From Octopus sinensis (taxonomy: Eukaryota), in contig NC_043021.1 of assembly GCF_006345805.1 (NCBI RefSeq), forward strand, positions 19,964,001 to 20,028,000: 64,000 nt of DNA, read 5' to 3'. A model generated the notes under the pieces. That model was given only the letters and a program-made list of their open reading frames with translations, ran no database searches and had not been told where the DNA came from. This document shows positions 62,718 to 64,000 of the stretch, in pieces. Position 1 is the first letter of the stretch, and each line of letters starts with the position of its first letter. The position numbers and the translations under genes are program-made.

Positions 62718-63950
62718 TATAGGGTCATACCGTAAATAATGCTGTTTTTTCAATTGCATGAGCTAAAAGTTGGAGGGGGACGGGATAAACTACCTGCATC
62801 AACTTGCTATAAAAGCAGGTAGTAAGTTTACCATGTCCTTATTCCTAGTGGAAGCTTCGAAGAGTGCAGTTTGATTATAACAGTTATTTTTTTTGGAAGC
62901 TATAATGGAAGTGACAAAAGAGCATATTCGGCATATTTTGCTTTATGAGTTCATTAAAGGCAACAACGCAATGGAAAGTCCGAGGAATATAAATGCAGTA
63001 TATGGGGATCAGACAATAAGCATAATCCAGTGTTATCAGTGGTTCTGTAGAGCTTGATGAGGATGTCCTGCAAACCCTGATGGAACAAAATCCCATTGTA
63101 GCTGTTGAGGAACTAGCACAGCAGCTTGGATTTGGTCATTCAACCATTCATCCCCAAATGCATTCCATCAGAAAAGTCAGCAAATTGGGTCAATGGGTTC
63201 CTCACAAACCTTCTGAGTCTAATCATGTGCCAAGAGTGAATGTGTGCTCTTCTTTGCTGTCACATTTCACAAGTGACCCTTTTTTGGACTGAATAGTGAC
63301 TGGTGATGAGAAATGGGTTCTGTATAAAAATATCAGGTGCCGAAGACAGTGGGTAGCGAAAGGAGAAACACCAGCACCCCAGGCTAAAGAAAGCCTTCAC
63401 CCACGTAAAGTGCTGTTATCTGTTTGGTGGGATATGAAAGGTTTAGTCTGCTTTGAACTTTTAAACTCAAACCAAACGATAACAAAGATCTACTGTGAGC
63501 AGCTTGAGTGGCTTAAGTCAGTGCTAGAAGACAAACGACCATCTTTGGTTTCAAGACAAAAGGTGTTCTTCCATTGAGATAATGCTTGGCCACATACAGT
63601 AAGGATGACATTCTGAAGGCTGGGGAAGTTTGAATGGGAAACAATGCCCCTCCCACCATATTCGCCAGACATTGCCCCATCTGATTATCATTTATTCTGC
63701 AGTCTTCAAAACCATTTGGATGGAAAAAATATGGATTCTGTAGATGAGGTCAGAACAATACTGGGGGAGTATTTTTTTGTCAGAAAGAAGTGAATTTTGG
63801 AAGTGGGCCCTTGCAAGTCTAGCAGATAGATGGAAGAGTATTGTAGAAAATGAAGGACAGTATATTTTAGATTAAAAAATAACTTTATCTTAATTTTGAA
63901 AAATAAAAGAAGCATAAAAAAAAATGCATTTTTTATGGGATGACCCAATA
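62718..63950 (+). mobile_element. Near full-length decayed mariner (D,D34D) transposon
   Basis: TIRs TATAGGGTCATACCGTAAAT.. / ..TTTATGGGATGACCCAATA within TA context; MEVTKEHIRHILLYEF, WVPH, VTGDEKW, VWWDMKG, DNA.PH, PPYSPDIAPSDYHLF; multiple stops and frameshifts. Confidence 0.92.
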
Positions 63951-64000
63951 TATATACTGTTTCCTGTTGTTGGATTGTTGCCATGTTGAAGTAGCCCCTA

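Noticed and set aside
63080-63577. SETMAR-like or active transposase
   Set aside because: Multiple stops and frameshifts, including next to the second catalytic Asp; no SET domain.

Overview
Repeat-saturated animal genomic DNA, most likely an octopus. The identification rests on recalled octopus-type tRNA-derived SINEs, not a database search. Almost the whole window is the 55,125-bp first intron (35-55159, minus strand) of a protein phosphatase 1 inhibitor-2 gene (PPP1R2/I-2). Coding exon 1 is at 55160-55236 (MATDEKRPKKGILKNSSSFDKPDQT, SILK motif). Exon 2 starts at 34 and runs off the window (S-RKETKWDEMNI), joined in phase 2 by canonical GT-AG sites. The intron and upstream flank hold roughly 30 copies or fragments of one tRNA-derived SINE (family A here), many of a second (family B, often tandem multimers) and a third group (C). 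They also hold 5'-truncated LINEs (CR1/L2-type, several RTE families, Tx1/L1-type), three mariner relics, mariner-, piggyBac- and Merlin-like MITEs, non-autonomous Helitrons and abundant microsatellites. Nearly all ORFs in the supplied track are artefacts of these repeats. The most interesting observations are: a minimal type I hammerhead ribozyme motif in a (TA)n-flanked, Penelope-like foldback element (~45080-45235); a 481-bp near-perfect inverted templated insertion next to a 67-bp tandem array inside an RTE 3' UTR; a SINE tail shared with a Tx1/L1 LINE; and a possible nested first exon at ~37990-38083. All calls come from reading the sequence by eye, and repeat boundaries are approximate.
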